This document shows positions 45,056 to 54,354 of a DNA stretch of 64,000 nt, piece after piece (position 1 is the stretch's first letter; every line of letters begins with the position of its first letter). The DNA is from Acidobacteriota bacterium (lineage in GTDB: Bacteria > Acidobacteriota > UBA890 > WLXD01), in the NCBI GenBank assembly GCA_963666055.2, contig CAXWPH010000015.1, positions 1,184,001 through 1,248,000 of the forward strand. The letters run 5' to 3'. The notes beneath the pieces were generated by a model. It saw only the letters and a program-made list of their open reading frames with translations. It had not been told where the DNA came from and made no database searches. The translations under genes were made by a program, and so were the position numbers.

Positions 45056-46090
45056 CTACGCAGCCCACGGCTGCAGGACGATGTTGCCCTTCACCTGGCC
45101 CTCGGCCAGGAGCGTGTGAGCAGCGCCCGCCTGGCCCAGGGGCAGGACGGTATCGAGCAGCGGCTTGATCTTGCCGGCCCTCACCTGCTCGAGGCCCCAT
45201 TCGAGATCCTCGATATCACTGGCCATCACGCCGCGGAGCTGTTTCTGGGCAAAGAAGAGGCTGCGCACGTCGAAAGTCGCCTCCGGGCCTGCCACGAAGC
45301 CGAAGACCACGACCACGCCGAGCGGCTTGACCGCCTCGATACTCTTGGGCAGCACATCACCCCCCAGGTTGTCGATCACGACGTCGGCGCCAGCGCCACC
45401 ACTCCACTCCTGAACCTTGGCCACGAAGTCCTCCTCGCGCGTGTTGATCACCAGGTCCGCCCCAATGCTCTTTGCGAACGCGGCCTTCTCGGCACTCCGA
45501 ACCGTGGTGGCGACCTCGGCCCCCAGGGCCTTGGCGACCTGGATCTGCATCGAGCCCGTACCCGACGCACCGCTGTGCACCAGCACTTTGTCGCCAGCCT
45601 TCACTTCACCGACGCCCCTGACGGCGCGGACGCCGGTCGAAAGCACCATCGGCAGCGTCGCGGCTTCCTCAGGTGAGAGGCCCGTGGTGTCCTTGACGAC
45701 GAAGCGAGCCGGCACAGAGATGTATTGGGCATAGGTGCCCGGTCGGTGCAGGCCCGGCAGGTTGAAGCTGGCCGTTGCGGCTCCAGGACGGGTCTCATAC
45801 TCGGCCGGATCCGTTGGGAATCCCGGCTGCGGGATGACCCGCTCGCCGACGGTGAAGCCCGTCACGCCTTCCCCCACGGCCGCTACTTCACCTGCAGCGT
45901 CGGCGCCCAGGATATGCGGCCATTCCAACTCGGGCACGATCAATCCCTCGCGGATGTAATCCTCCAGGCGGTTCAGCCCGGCGGCGAGGATCTTGATAAG
46001 TACCTCGCCCGCTTGTGGCTCGGGTGTAGGAACTTCTTCAACCTGTAGGACATCGGAGTCGCCGAATTCGCGAATGATTGCTGCTCTCAT
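45056..46090 (-). CDS. NADPH:quinone oxidoreductase-like MDR protein
   Basis: AGLNRLE, ILGADAAG, GTYAQY, SGASGTG, KGNIVL. Confidence 0.88.
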   Translation of the reverse strand: MRAAIIREFGDSDVLQVEEVPTPEPQAGEVLIKILAAGLNRLEDYIREGLIVPELEWPHILGADAAGEVAAVGEGVTGFTVGERVIPQPGFPTDPAEYETRPGAATASFNLPGLHRPGTYAQYISVPARFVVKDTTGLSPEEAATLPMVLSTGVRAVRGVGEVKAGDKVLVHSGASGTGSMQIQVAKALGAEVATTVRSAEKAAFAKSIGADLVINTREEDFVAKVQEWSGGAGADVVIDNLGGDVLPKSIEAVKPLGVVVVFGFVAGPEATFDVRSLFFAQKQLRGVMASDIEDLEWGLEQVRAGKIKPLLDTVLPLGQAGAAHTLLAEGQVKGNIVLQPWAA

Positions 46091-46143
46091 TTCCGTTTCC
46101 CTCCCTTGTCCGGATCCCCAGACAACTGGTTTCCGATCACGCA

Positions 46144-46422
46144 CTAGCAGGCCGTGGTGAAAGTGTGGTGGGTCTGGTTACGGCGAGTTGGGGCCAGATG
46201 CAAGGCGGCCTGACACAGGCGATGCCCTAGCCATCGTCGAGAAAGGCCAACACCGCAGATGGCCCCAAATCGCCGTAACCCTTCGGGCGACAGGGGGTTG
46301 CGCGCGTATGCTGCGTCGTTCCTCGTCAACGATGGGGTAACCATCGCCTCCTCCTCTCTCCTTGCCTCCACTTCGCAAGACCCTGTCGCCAGACCCACCA
46401 CACTTTCACCACGGCCTGCTAG
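46144..46422 (-). mobile_element. MITE-like element, full-length 279 bp, inverted relative to 17275-17553
   Basis: Reverse complement is near-identical to 17275-17553; flanks gcaCTAG...CTAGtgc rebuild a palindromic empty site. Confidence 0.88.
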
Positions 46423-46468
46423 TGCATTGGATCGGTTGGTGATGAATTCCCAACGTCTGCTGGTCTCC

Positions 46469-47167
46469 TCACGCGGCGGCTTGCTGGCCCACATAGCGGT
46501 GCTCGTACCGACGCACCGTCGCTTCTCGGTTGGGCAGCGTCTCGAGCAGCGCCGGGATACGCGCGGCGCGGTCGAGCCATTCCCGCAGCTGCGGCCGTCC
46601 ATCCACCAACTCGGGCAGGCCGGTGTATGACTGTAGCCAGACCATGCGGGCCCAGTGCGTGGCGACGTGGAAGGCGAGCAGGCTCTCCACCTCAGGGCCC
46701 ATCTGCTCGATCGTCCGGGCGAGCTCGTCCAGCTCCCTTCCGACCTCCTCGCGCCGCTCCACATCGAGCCACGCCGGGTCGCGCAGCGAAGCGTAGAAGG
46801 CCTGCAGGATCTTGGCGTCCCACTGCTTTATGGCCAACCGCTGCCGGGCTCGGAGGCGTGGGTCGTCAGCGAAAGCGGCGTCCCAGTCGTGAAGGTCGGC
46901 GAGGTACTCGTTGATGATCTGCGACTCATACAAGGTGAAGTCGCCATCGACCAGCAACGGCACCCGGCCGGTAGGGCTGAGCTTCAGGAAGTCGGGGTCG
47001 CGGTCGTCCAGGTCGATCTCGTGAAGCTTGAACGGCACCCCGAGATAGGTCAGCAAGGCGCGGGTCCGGTGGGCGAACGGGCAGCCGTGAGCGCTGTAGA
47101 CCTCGAGCATCGAGTATCCACCATTGGAGTGGTCGAGTGACGGTTCATTCGGGAATGTGTAGGACAT
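46469..47167 (-). CDS. Glutathione S-transferase family protein (Cys-type, omega-like)
   Basis: CPFAHR, PTGRVPLL, LYESQIINEYL; AAGGAG RBS. Confidence 0.88.
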   Translation of the reverse strand: MSYTFPNEPSLDHSNGGYSMLEVYSAHGCPFAHRTRALLTYLGVPFKLHEIDLDDRDPDFLKLSPTGRVPLLVDGDFTLYESQIINEYLADLHDWDAAFADDPRLRARQRLAIKQWDAKILQAFYASLRDPAWLDVERREEVGRELDELARTIEQMGPEVESLLAFHVATHWARMVWLQSYTGLPELVDGRPQLREWLDRAARIPALLETLPNREATVRRYEHRYVGQQAAA

Positions 47168-47188
47168 CGGCTTCTCCTTAGGGCGATC

Positions 47189-47204
47189 TACTTACTAATA
47201 CGTA
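47189..47204. promoter_or_regulatory. Putative TetR operator (13/16 match) inside a long hairpin upstream of the GST gene
   Basis: TACTTACTAATACGTA versus TACCTACTAGTAGGTA, nested in tagggcgatctac...gtagatcgcccta. Confidence 0.5.
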
Positions 47205-47229
47205 GATCGCCCTAGCAAAAAAACGAACT

Positions 47230-47604
47230 TCAGGCGTGCAGGTGGAAGACCTTGTTCATGATCTTCCAGTGCCCGTCGACTCGCAGCAGTGTGAACAGGT
47301 CGGTGTAGCGGTAACCGCCCAGGTTGCCGAGCTCGAGCCGCATGGTGGCGACCGTGTCAGCCGAATCGATGCTGGCGATCCGTGCCTGGAGATCGGGCGA
47401 TGGGTCGCTCGCGTCAGCCCATGTGAAGAGCCGCTCGATGGGACCGGCGAACAGCTCGGCCCCGGCGTAGCCGAAGATCGTCGCCTCCTTGTGGAAGGCA
47501 GGTCTCATGGCGTCGCCACTACCAGATCTGGCGCCATCGATGTATGGCTGAACGGCCTCGGCGATGGCGTCGTGCTCACTGACTCTTGCAGGTGCGGTGC
47601 TCAT
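47230..47604 (-). CDS. NTF2/SnoaL-like (putative lumazine-binding) protein
   Basis: YIDG, AFHKEATIFG, YTDLFTLLRVDGHWKIMNKVF. Confidence 0.85.
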   Translation of the reverse strand: MSTAPARVSEHDAIAEAVQPYIDGARSGSGDAMRPAFHKEATIFGYAGAELFAGPIERLFTWADASDPSPDLQARIASIDSADTVATMRLELGNLGGYRYTDLFTLLRVDGHWKIMNKVFHLHA

Positions 47605-48725
47605 GCTGCCCTCTCGGTGCGCGCCGCAGGCGCGTAGTTGGGATAGTCCGTGTAGCCGACGGGTGTCGGCTCGCCGGAGTACCAGGTTGCGGGATCGGGG
47701 ACGGGAGCGAGCGGCCAGCCGTTGCGGAAGCGCTCCACGAGGTCGGGGTTGGCGAGGAACGGGCGGCCGATGGCGATCAGATCCGCAGCGCCACGGACGA
47801 CGGCCGCCTCGGCACTCTCGGCGTCGTAGCCGCAGTTCCCCATCAGCGGACCGCGGAACACGGAACGGAACTCGTCGAGCGTCATCGGCTCCCCATGTTG
47901 GTGGGAGCCGAAGTCGAGGCCGTCCATGACGTGGAGATACGCCAGACCATACTCGACCAGCTGCTTAGCGGCGTATGTGAAAGTGTCCCGGAAGTCGGGT
48001 GAGCCCATGTCGTTAACCACACCGTTTGGTGAGATCCGCACCCCTATGCGCGCTGCCGGGAGTACCCCCGATACACCCTGGACGATCTCGCGCAGCAGGC
48101 GGAAGCGGTTCTCGACGCTGCCACCGTAGATGTCGCTGCGCCTATTGGTCCTGGATTGCAGGAACTGGTCGAGCAGGTAGCCGTTGGCCGAATGGATCTC
48201 CACCCCATCGAAGCCTGCCTCGCGGGCACGCTTGGCAGCGGCGACGTAGTCGGCGACGATTCCCGGGAGCTCGCTCGTCTGCAGAGCGCGGGGCGTTTGG
48301 TGGAGTTTCCTGCCGAGCGGCGTGCGCACACCATCGCCGGTGATCGGGATGGCCGACGGAGCGACCGGGAGCTCGCCACCCAGGAAGTCGCTGTGAGAGG
48401 CGCGCCCGGTGTGCCAGAGCTGGATAAAGATCCTGCTGTCCCGTTCATGGATGGCGTTGACGATCTGCTTCCAGGCCGCGCCCTGCTCATCGGTGTAGAT
48501 GCCCGGGCTGCCGATCCAGCCGTTGGCCTGCGGGGAGATGGTGGTGGCCTCGGTGATGAGTAGGCCGGCACCCGCTCGCTGGGCGTAGTACTCGGCCATG
48601 AGGGCGTTCGCCAGACGTGAGTCACCGGCGCGGGCACGTGTGAGGGGAGCGAGAACGACGCGGTTGTCGATGTGGAGGCCACGCATCTCGAACGGGCTGA
48701 GAAGTGCTTGTGGAATGGGGATCAT
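47601..48725 (-). CDS. Old yellow enzyme family alkene reductase (NemA-like)
   Basis: NRVVLAPLTRAR, QLWHTGRASH, EIHSANGYLLDQF, GRPFLANPDL, GYTDYP; AAAGGAG RBS before ATG 48725. Confidence 0.93.
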   Translation of the reverse strand: MIPIPQALLSPFEMRGLHIDNRVVLAPLTRARAGDSRLANALMAEYYAQRAGAGLLITEATTISPQANGWIGSPGIYTDEQGAAWKQIVNAIHERDSRIFIQLWHTGRASHSDFLGGELPVAPSAIPITGDGVRTPLGRKLHQTPRALQTSELPGIVADYVAAAKRAREAGFDGVEIHSANGYLLDQFLQSRTNRRSDIYGGSVENRFRLLREIVQGVSGVLPAARIGVRISPNGVVNDMGSPDFRDTFTYAAKQLVEYGLAYLHVMDGLDFGSHQHGEPMTLDEFRSVFRGPLMGNCGYDAESAEAAVVRGAADLIAIGRPFLANPDLVERFRNGWPLAPVPDPATWYSGEPTPVGYTDYPNYAPAARTERAA

Positions 48726-48822
48726 GGGTGGCTCCTTTCGGCTTTGGCCTTTGGTGTTGTCGGCTGGCAAATCAGTCGGGGTGCTCGCCATGGGTCTGTC
48801 TAGTTGACGAGAATCGGTCGGC

Positions 48823-48838
48823 TATCTACTAGTAGGTA
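48823..48838. promoter_or_regulatory. Putative TetR operator upstream of the OYE gene
   Basis: TATCTACTAGTAGGTA, one mismatch to the perfect palindrome at 49478. Confidence 0.75.
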
Positions 48839-48870
48839 GTTGAAGAGAACAAAAAAACTCACGGTCACCT

Positions 48871-49434
48871 TTATGCCGCGGGACGGAGGTTGTCTTTCAC
48901 TTGTCGAACGATCGCTTCCAGCTCCTCTCGGCCATGAGCACGCCCGTACTGCAGTGCCCCCTGCATGGTGGAGAAGATCATCATCGCCTGGGTTTCGGGG
49001 CTGCCGGGGAACTGCATCAGACCCCTGCGCCTGCCCTCCTGTAACACCTGCGCGATCCAGTCGATCACGTATTGGATCAGCTCGCACCACTTTGTGCGCA
49101 TGCTCTCCGGGATGACGTTGTAATCCGACTGCACCGCGCCAGCGGCACAGATGCGGTCGCCGGAGCCAAAGGCACCGAAGACGACACGTTCGTACCCCTC
49201 AAACCGCTCCCATGGATCGTCATGCTCGTCGGCCTCCCGGAGAGTCTGGCGTACTAGCTCGAAGTAGCGCTCCGACAGCGCCACACCGAGCGCCTCCTTG
49301 CTGCGGAAGTGGTGGTGGATGCTGGCCTTGGTAATACCCAGACGCTCAGACAAGTCGGCGTAGCTGAACGAGGCGTAGCCGCGTTTTTGCAGCAGCTCTA
49401 GTCCAACCTCGATGATCTGTTCCTTGCGGTCCAC
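48871..49434 (-). CDS. TetR/AcrR family transcriptional regulator
   Basis: GYASFSYADLSERLGITKASIHHHFRSKEAL HTH; Cys in DRICAAG. Confidence 0.93.
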   Translation of the reverse strand: MDRKEQIIEVGLELLQKRGYASFSYADLSERLGITKASIHHHFRSKEALGVALSERYFELVRQTLREADEHDDPWERFEGYERVVFGAFGSGDRICAAGAVQSDYNVIPESMRTKWCELIQYVIDWIAQVLQEGRRRGLMQFPGSPETQAMMIFSTMQGALQYGRAHGREELEAIVRQVKDNLRPAA

Positions 49435-49477
49435 GGGTGGCTCCGTCGAAGAAATGCGACAGCGATTGAGAGATGAT

Positions 49478-49493
49478 TACCTACTAGTAGGTA
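49478..49493. promoter_or_regulatory. Putative TetR autoregulatory operator
   Basis: Perfect 16-bp palindrome TACCTACTAGTAGGTA about 44 bp upstream of tetR. Confidence 0.78.
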
Positions 49494-49609
49494 GTGTGTC
49501 AACCCGCTGCGGGACTTTCTTGCACCATCTCGTCGGAGAGCTCTTCGAGCCTGCTGGACTAGCCGCCCCCTCAGGCCAGGGAGCCAGGGCAGCTGGAAGA
49601 TGCTTCTCA

Positions 49610-49858
49610 GCGGGCAACGTGCCCGATCTCGAGCAATTCAGTCCGATGGGCGCGATCCCGTCCACGGTGAGCCTGACCACTTATGCGGGCGGCGACCGGG
49701 ACTTCATCGATACACCGCTCCAGACTGTGGTGAACGAAGTAGAAGCGGGGCTCATAACGCCCAAGATCGGACGCGTCTTTCAACTTGATGACATCGTGGA
49801 AGCGCACCGCTGCATGGAAGACAACGCAGCTGGCGGAAAGATCGTCGTCCTCACCTGA
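49610..49858 (+). pseudogene. C-terminal remnant of a zinc-binding dehydrogenase/quinone reductase
   Basis: FSPMGAIP...IGRVFQLDDIVEAHRCMEDNAAGGKIVVLT*; no N-terminal domain. Confidence 0.7.
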
Positions 49859-50016
49859 CGTCGGGAATCTTGACTCTAGGCAATCCCACGAACTCGGGAT
49901 CGCCTCCCATATCTGCGAGACGGTGGTGCCCTGTGCCCCGGCTGAGGTTCGTGTCCCAGAAGCGGACTGACGAACTCGGCAGCCGAGTTGGATCAACTGA
50001 ACTCTCGGCGCACCAA

Positions 50017-50059
50017 CGTAACCAAATGGCGAGGCGCGTACAAGTTACTGGTAGAGCCC
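50017..50059 (+). promoter_or_regulatory. Putative ECF-type promoter of GWxTD copy 2
   Basis: cgtaaccaaatggcgaggcgcgtacaagttactggtagagccc aligns without gaps to 31796-31838 (minus). Confidence 0.6.
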
Positions 50060-50141
50060 GAAAAAGCCGGAGCCGACCGATCTCGCTCAGCTACCGGCGC
50101 CAATGATCCGTCCCCTACGAAGATCACAGGAGGGAAACGAC

Positions 50142-50789
50142 ATGAGAGTTCTATCCGCGACCGCACTGGCGCTGGCATTGATGCTTACGCTGCCCACAAG
50201 GGCGCCGGCAACCGACCGCGTCGAATACCCGACCACGGGCGCTGCAGCGATCGCGTACTACGAAAGCGACGCCGATCGCTGGCTGGACGGACCGGTGGAG
50301 TACCTGATCCTGGACGAGGAGCGTGACGCCTGGAACGAGTTGGTGGCCACGGACCAACGCGCCTCCTTCATTACCCGCTTCTGGGAGCGTCGCGACAACG
50401 AGCACCGAGCGAATCTGTTCAGGGATGCGTTCTACGAGCGTGTCGCCTACGCCAACACCCACTACCGGGACACGCCGTGGCGCGGCTGGAGGTCCGACCG
50501 CGGGCGCATCGCGGTGACGCTCGGGCTGCCGGATCGCGTGCGGCCCATCGGCTCTGGCACCGGGGTCGTCTGGACCTACTTCACGTTCGGGGCACACGCT
50601 GAGGGCAAGGGCTTCAGCAGCGTCACCGGGAGGGTGGAGATCGCGTTCGTGTCGCGGCTTACCAGACGCAACAATTACAGGATCTCCGGGCCACAGGGTA
50701 CTGGCATCTACCCTGCCTACGTGCTGTATGCGCTCGACTGGAGTCGACTGGCTGCGGTCGGGGCGTCAAGCAGGCGGCCCGTCTCTTGA
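50142..50789 (+). CDS. Secreted GWxTD domain protein (copy 2)
   Basis: Paralog of 31084-31737; GWRSDRGRIAVTLGLPD; AGGAGG RBS. Confidence 0.88.
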   Translation: MRVLSATALALALMLTLPTRAPATDRVEYPTTGAAAIAYYESDADRWLDGPVEYLILDEERDAWNELVATDQRASFITRFWERRDNEHRANLFRDAFYERVAYANTHYRDTPWRGWRSDRGRIAVTLGLPDRVRPIGSGTGVVWTYFTFGAHAEGKGFSSVTGRVEIAFVSRLTRRNNYRISGPQGTGIYPAYVLYALDWSRLAAVGASSRRPVS

Positions 50790-50826
50790 GCTGATCGAAC
50801 CCTGAAAGCTGGCGAACGCACACACA

Positions 50827-50852
50827 GAAAAAGCCCCGAGAGGGGTTTTTTC
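50827..50852 (+). terminator. Intrinsic terminator, possibly bidirectional
   Basis: gaaaaagcccc-gaga-ggggttttttc hairpin with A and T tails. Confidence 0.8.
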
Positions 50853-51058
50853 TTCTGGTCTCACTTGCTGTGTGAGAGTGAGTTCCTACTTGTTCCCATT
50901 CCTTTCCCGCCGCAAGGTACGCCTAGAGCGCCTCATCAAGAAACGCCGGCAAGGTCGAAAGTCGCTCGCACGACGTACTGTTCCCTCGCTCTCACCATCG
51001 AATGGGGCACTTGGCTCACTCTCGATCCGACTCGATGGATCCCCGATGGACTATCTGA

Positions 51059-51721
51059 ATGCTCTGGAATGCCACCGTGAAACTGCTTGCGCTGCAGATT
51101 GCCGCCGCGCCCACCGTTGGTGCTACGCGGCTGCCCGCCGCAACGACTCATGATCAGGGGCCAGTGAACGTCGTAGTTTCCGATCGCTTCGGCTTTAGAG
51201 AGAGCTTCCTAGCGGCGATCAGCAAGGATGTGCTGGAAATCCTTCGCAGCGTCGGTATCGACGCCACATGGTCTCCCGAAGAGCCGGTGAACGCGGAGGC
51301 TGGAAGCCACCGGTGGAAGCTCGACGGCGCGGGATCTTTCCTCGTGGTTTTCTCCGGCAAATCGCCTTCGGCGTGGGGGGTGAAGCGCCGGGGAATGGGT
51401 ATCGTGGTATCGGAGCCCCGTCCTCGCCGGCACGTCATCATCTTCCCGGAGAGAGTGCTGCGAGTATTGGATGCGGATCGACACGCGGGCCGGCCGCTGG
51501 CCGCCAGGCGCAGCCAGCAGATAGCTCGGGCGTTTGCCAGAGTCGTCGTGCACGAGCTCGTCCACGCGATCGCACCCGAGCACTCGCACGCCAAGCAGGG
51601 TCTGATGCGCGGCACGCTGAATCGCCAGCTTCTGTTGTCTCGGGAGCTGCCAGTTGACCCTGCATGTCACGCCGCCATCGTCGGGGCGCTGCAGTCACCT
51701 GGGGCCGGCGTGCTCCCGTGA
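51059..51721 (+). CDS. Putative secreted zincin-like metalloprotease
   Basis: VVVHELVHAIAPEHSHAKQGLM (HExxH...H, Met-turn-like GLM); start uncertain. Confidence 0.6.
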   Translation: MLWNATVKLLALQIAAAPTVGATRLPAATTHDQGPVNVVVSDRFGFRESFLAAISKDVLEILRSVGIDATWSPEEPVNAEAGSHRWKLDGAGSFLVVFSGKSPSAWGVKRRGMGIVVSEPRPRRHVIIFPERVLRVLDADRHAGRPLAARRSQQIARAFARVVVHELVHAIAPEHSHAKQGLMRGTLNRQLLLSRELPVDPACHAAIVGALQSPGAGVLP

Positions 51722-51849
51722 GTCGCAGGTGGTGAGGCAGTCAGACCCGTTGGCATGAACGAAGACGCCCTCGAGCCTATGACCCGAGGGCGTCGTTCGG
51801 TCCGGTCGGGCTCGGCGTTCCGGAGGAGGCGCCGAGCCTTCCGGGGTTG

Positions 51850-52290
51850 TCAGTGTGAGTGCGCCAACACGTCAGCGCTGCCCTGCAGCCGGCTGTACAC
51901 CCAGCCGAGCAAGGCGCCGAACACCAGGTGGCCCACCAGGCTGGGCAGCATCTGGGTAGCGGCCTGGAAGCTCCAGTTCACGCCCAGTCCCATACCCATG
52001 AACAGCGGCATCAAGGTGAGGGGACCGAGCACCCACCAGGTGGCGCCAAAGGCGAGGCCGTATCCGACCCCCCGCCCGGCGCCGTCGATCCGGTTGCCGA
52101 GCAGGACCGCGAATGTGGCGCCGATCACGGCGCTGATGACCAAGTGTACGAACATCCCGTACACCGCCGAAGCATAGCCGGCCATGGCACCGATCATCGG
52201 AAGCATGCCCATCATCGCCATCATGGCCCCGAAGACAACACCGCCGGCCAGACCGCCGAGGATTCCGTTCTTGAGACTCGAGCTATTCAC
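51850..52290 (-). CDS. Gly/Met-rich four-TM membrane protein
   Basis: GGLAGGVVFGAMM, VHLVIS, SLVGHLVFG with TM histidines; GAGGAGG RBS. Confidence 0.75.
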   Translation of the reverse strand: MNSSSLKNGILGGLAGGVVFGAMMAMMGMLPMIGAMAGYASAVYGMFVHLVISAVIGATFAVLLGNRIDGAGRGVGYGLAFGATWWVLGPLTLMPLFMGMGLGVNWSFQAATQMLPSLVGHLVFGALLGWVYSRLQGSADVLAHSH

Positions 52291-52380
52291 TGAGATATCC
52301 TCCTCTGATTCCGTGAGCTTGGAAGCGACGTCATTCCTTCGATCGCCTCCTGGCCGGCTCTGAGTGCCAGCCTCGCTTAG

Positions 52381-52409
52381 TGAGTGCGCTCGGGTGCCGA
52401 GTTCTTACA
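52381..52409 (-). promoter_or_regulatory. Putative ECF promoter TGTAAG-N16-GCACTCA (copy 1)
   Basis: Minus strand tgtaag aactcggcacccgagc gcactca, upstream of 51850-52290 and divergent from the ECF gene. Confidence 0.7.
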
Positions 52410-52429
52410 GCGGCGAGTTGAGTCCCTCG

Positions 52430-53038
52430 GTGAAGTCAGCAGCCCGTAAGCATCGCTCCGACTCCTTTGGGGACGCCGCGTTCGTGGAACGCCTGCGCGC
52501 CGGCGATGAGCAGGCGACACGGGCCGTAGTGACGACCTACTTGCCGCAGATCGTTCGAACGGCCCGCGGCGCAGGCTTCAGCCCGTCGCAGGCAGATGAC
52601 GTCGCCCAAGCCACCTTTGTCACCTTTCTGGAGGTCGTGTCTCGCTTCGAAGGCAGGTCGCACGTGCGCACGTTTCTCTTCGGCATCCTCTATCGGAAGA
52701 TCGCCGAGGCGCGTCGAGGTCTGGGCCGCGATCGGCGAGCGGATGCGATCGATGAAGTAATGGAGGACCGCTTCGCGCCCGACGGTCAATGGCTGAAGGC
52801 ACCGCGCCCGATCGACCTGCGCGTCCACGATGCCGAGGTCCGGCAGAAGATCGGCGAGTGTCTCGAGAGTGTGCCCGTCGCCCAGAAAATGGCCTTCCTC
52901 CTGCGCGAGGTCGAAGAGCTCGAAACCGCCGAGATCTGTAAGATCCTCGAAGTCTCACGCACTAACCTGGGTGTGTTGCTGTATCGGGCGCGCAACCGCC
53001 TGCGAGAATGTCTCGAGAGCCAGGGCGTGAGGGGCTAG
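52430..53038 (+). CDS. ECF RNA polymerase sigma factor
   Basis: ADDVAQATF, FEGRSHVRTFLFGIL, FLLREVEELETAEICKIL...LYRARNRLRECLE. Confidence 0.92.
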   Translation: MKSAARKHRSDSFGDAAFVERLRAGDEQATRAVVTTYLPQIVRTARGAGFSPSQADDVAQATFVTFLEVVSRFEGRSHVRTFLFGILYRKIAEARRGLGRDRRADAIDEVMEDRFAPDGQWLKAPRPIDLRVHDAEVRQKIGECLESVPVAQKMAFLLREVEELETAEICKILEVSRTNLGVLLYRARNRLRECLESQGVRG

Positions 53039-53041
53039 GAC

Positions 53042-53329
53042 ATGAAGATGATGCTCAGCTGCGAGGAGGCCTGCCGTAAGATCGCCAGCGACGAGTACGC
53101 CGAGGCGGGCCGGTGGGAGCGCCTCCAAATTCGATTTCACCTGTGGTTGTGTGGCGATTGCCGCGGCTACGCGCGCCAGCTGCGCGAACTCGGTACCTCG
53201 GTACGGCAGCTGGCACACGACACGCAGCCGCAAGCCTCCGACATCGAGCGCTTGGAAAGCGACATCCTCGCGGGTCTGAGCTCGCCCGACAGCGGCTCTG
53301 ATGATCTCCGTCGGGTCCCCCGCCCGTAG
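53042..53329 (+). CDS. Soluble zinc-finger (zf-HC2/ZAS) anti-sigma factor
   Basis: MLSCEEA...HLWLCGDC (C...HxxxCxxC); no TM segment. Confidence 0.88.
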   Translation: MKMMLSCEEACRKIASDEYAEAGRWERLQIRFHLWLCGDCRGYARQLRELGTSVRQLAHDTQPQASDIERLESDILAGLSSPDSGSDDLRRVPRP

Positions 53330-53445
53330 TCCCGTCGGTAAGTCGAGCTGGCGAAAGGAATCTAGACACTGCAGGTGTGCCGGAGACTGGGTCAGCGAGC
53401 CCACGCGGGTTGTCTCTCGAGCCACTGACCACGCCCGGCGTCGAA

Positions 53446-54354
53446 TCACGCCGCCGTCGAATTGGATAGGCCGGTCGTCGATTTCCGGATCACGGCCGTG
53501 CCTGCCGCGCGTGACTGGCCTGTCGCGGCGGGAACTGCGGGTTCGCGGTACGCGGGAACCTTGATGATCGCGAAGTTGCAACTCAGGTCGAAATCCCTCG
53601 GGGTAATGTGGGAGAAGTGTTTCATGACGGGCAGCAGTTGAGGCACCTCGTCCTCCGCTACTGAGCCCAAAGGCAGAAGCTCGCGGGTCGGCCGTATCAG
53701 AAAGCCGACGCTCTGGAAGGCCTTGGCGATCACCCCGGAGCACATCACCGCGAGGTCGGTACAGGCACCGATGCAAACTTGTGCACCCTTCTTCCTGAAC
53801 GGCCCGAAGTTGATCGGTAACAGCTGGAGCGCGAGGTCGATGATGTTGCGGTTGTCGTATTGTTTGCCCAAGTCGTTGATGGCTGTGTTGAGCACTCGTT
53901 GCAGCGCTCTGAGCTCGACGCCGATCGGCCGGCAGATACGCAGCTCGTGGTCTTCGTACTTGTTCAAGGGAACCGTAACGACGCCGTCTTTGACCAGCGC
54001 TTCGACAAGCAGCTTGTCCGCATAGTCGCCATACAGCTGCCGCAGATCGGCGCGTCGATCCGGATACCGCTCCCAGATCTCGTCACCGATGTACAGTGCC
54101 GCGTGCGTCCATTGGGATTGGGTGAACAATCTGACCCCTCGACTGAACCGTGTACGACCCTCGACCAGTATCACGTCGCCTTTGTGGAGCGTGCGAGCCA
54201 GCGCCTCCATGCTGTTTGCGACGATGTAGGTCGCGCCCGACTCTTCCGCGTCGAGGAAGCTGGCGACGCGCTCCTCGAGGTAGCAGACGATCCGGTTCCA
54301 CAACTTTTTCATGCCGCCCACGACGACAATCCGAGTCTCATGCCTGGCGTTCAT
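53446..54354 (-). CDS. YiiX/YebB-like permuted papain (NlpC/P60) amidase
   Basis: GDVILVEG, WTHAALY, LGKQYD, MCSGVIAKAF, ITPRDFD. Confidence 0.82.
   Translation of the reverse strand: MNARHETRIVVVGGMKKLWNRIVCYLEERVASFLDAEESGATYIVANSMEALARTLHKGDVILVEGRTRFSRGVRLFTQSQWTHAALYIGDEIWERYPDRRADLRQLYGDYADKLLVEALVKDGVVTVPLNKYEDHELRICRPIGVELRALQRVLNTAINDLGKQYDNRNIIDLALQLLPINFGPFRKKGAQVCIGACTDLAVMCSGVIAKAFQSVGFLIRPTRELLPLGSVAEDEVPQLLPVMKHFSHITPRDFDLSCNFAIIKVPAYREPAVPAATGQSRAAGTAVIRKSTTGLSNSTAA

Noticed and set aside
31084-50789. GWxTD pair as a DGR template/variable repeat
   Set aside because: Differences are spread across both full-length genes, do not look adenine-specific, and no reverse transcriptase is present
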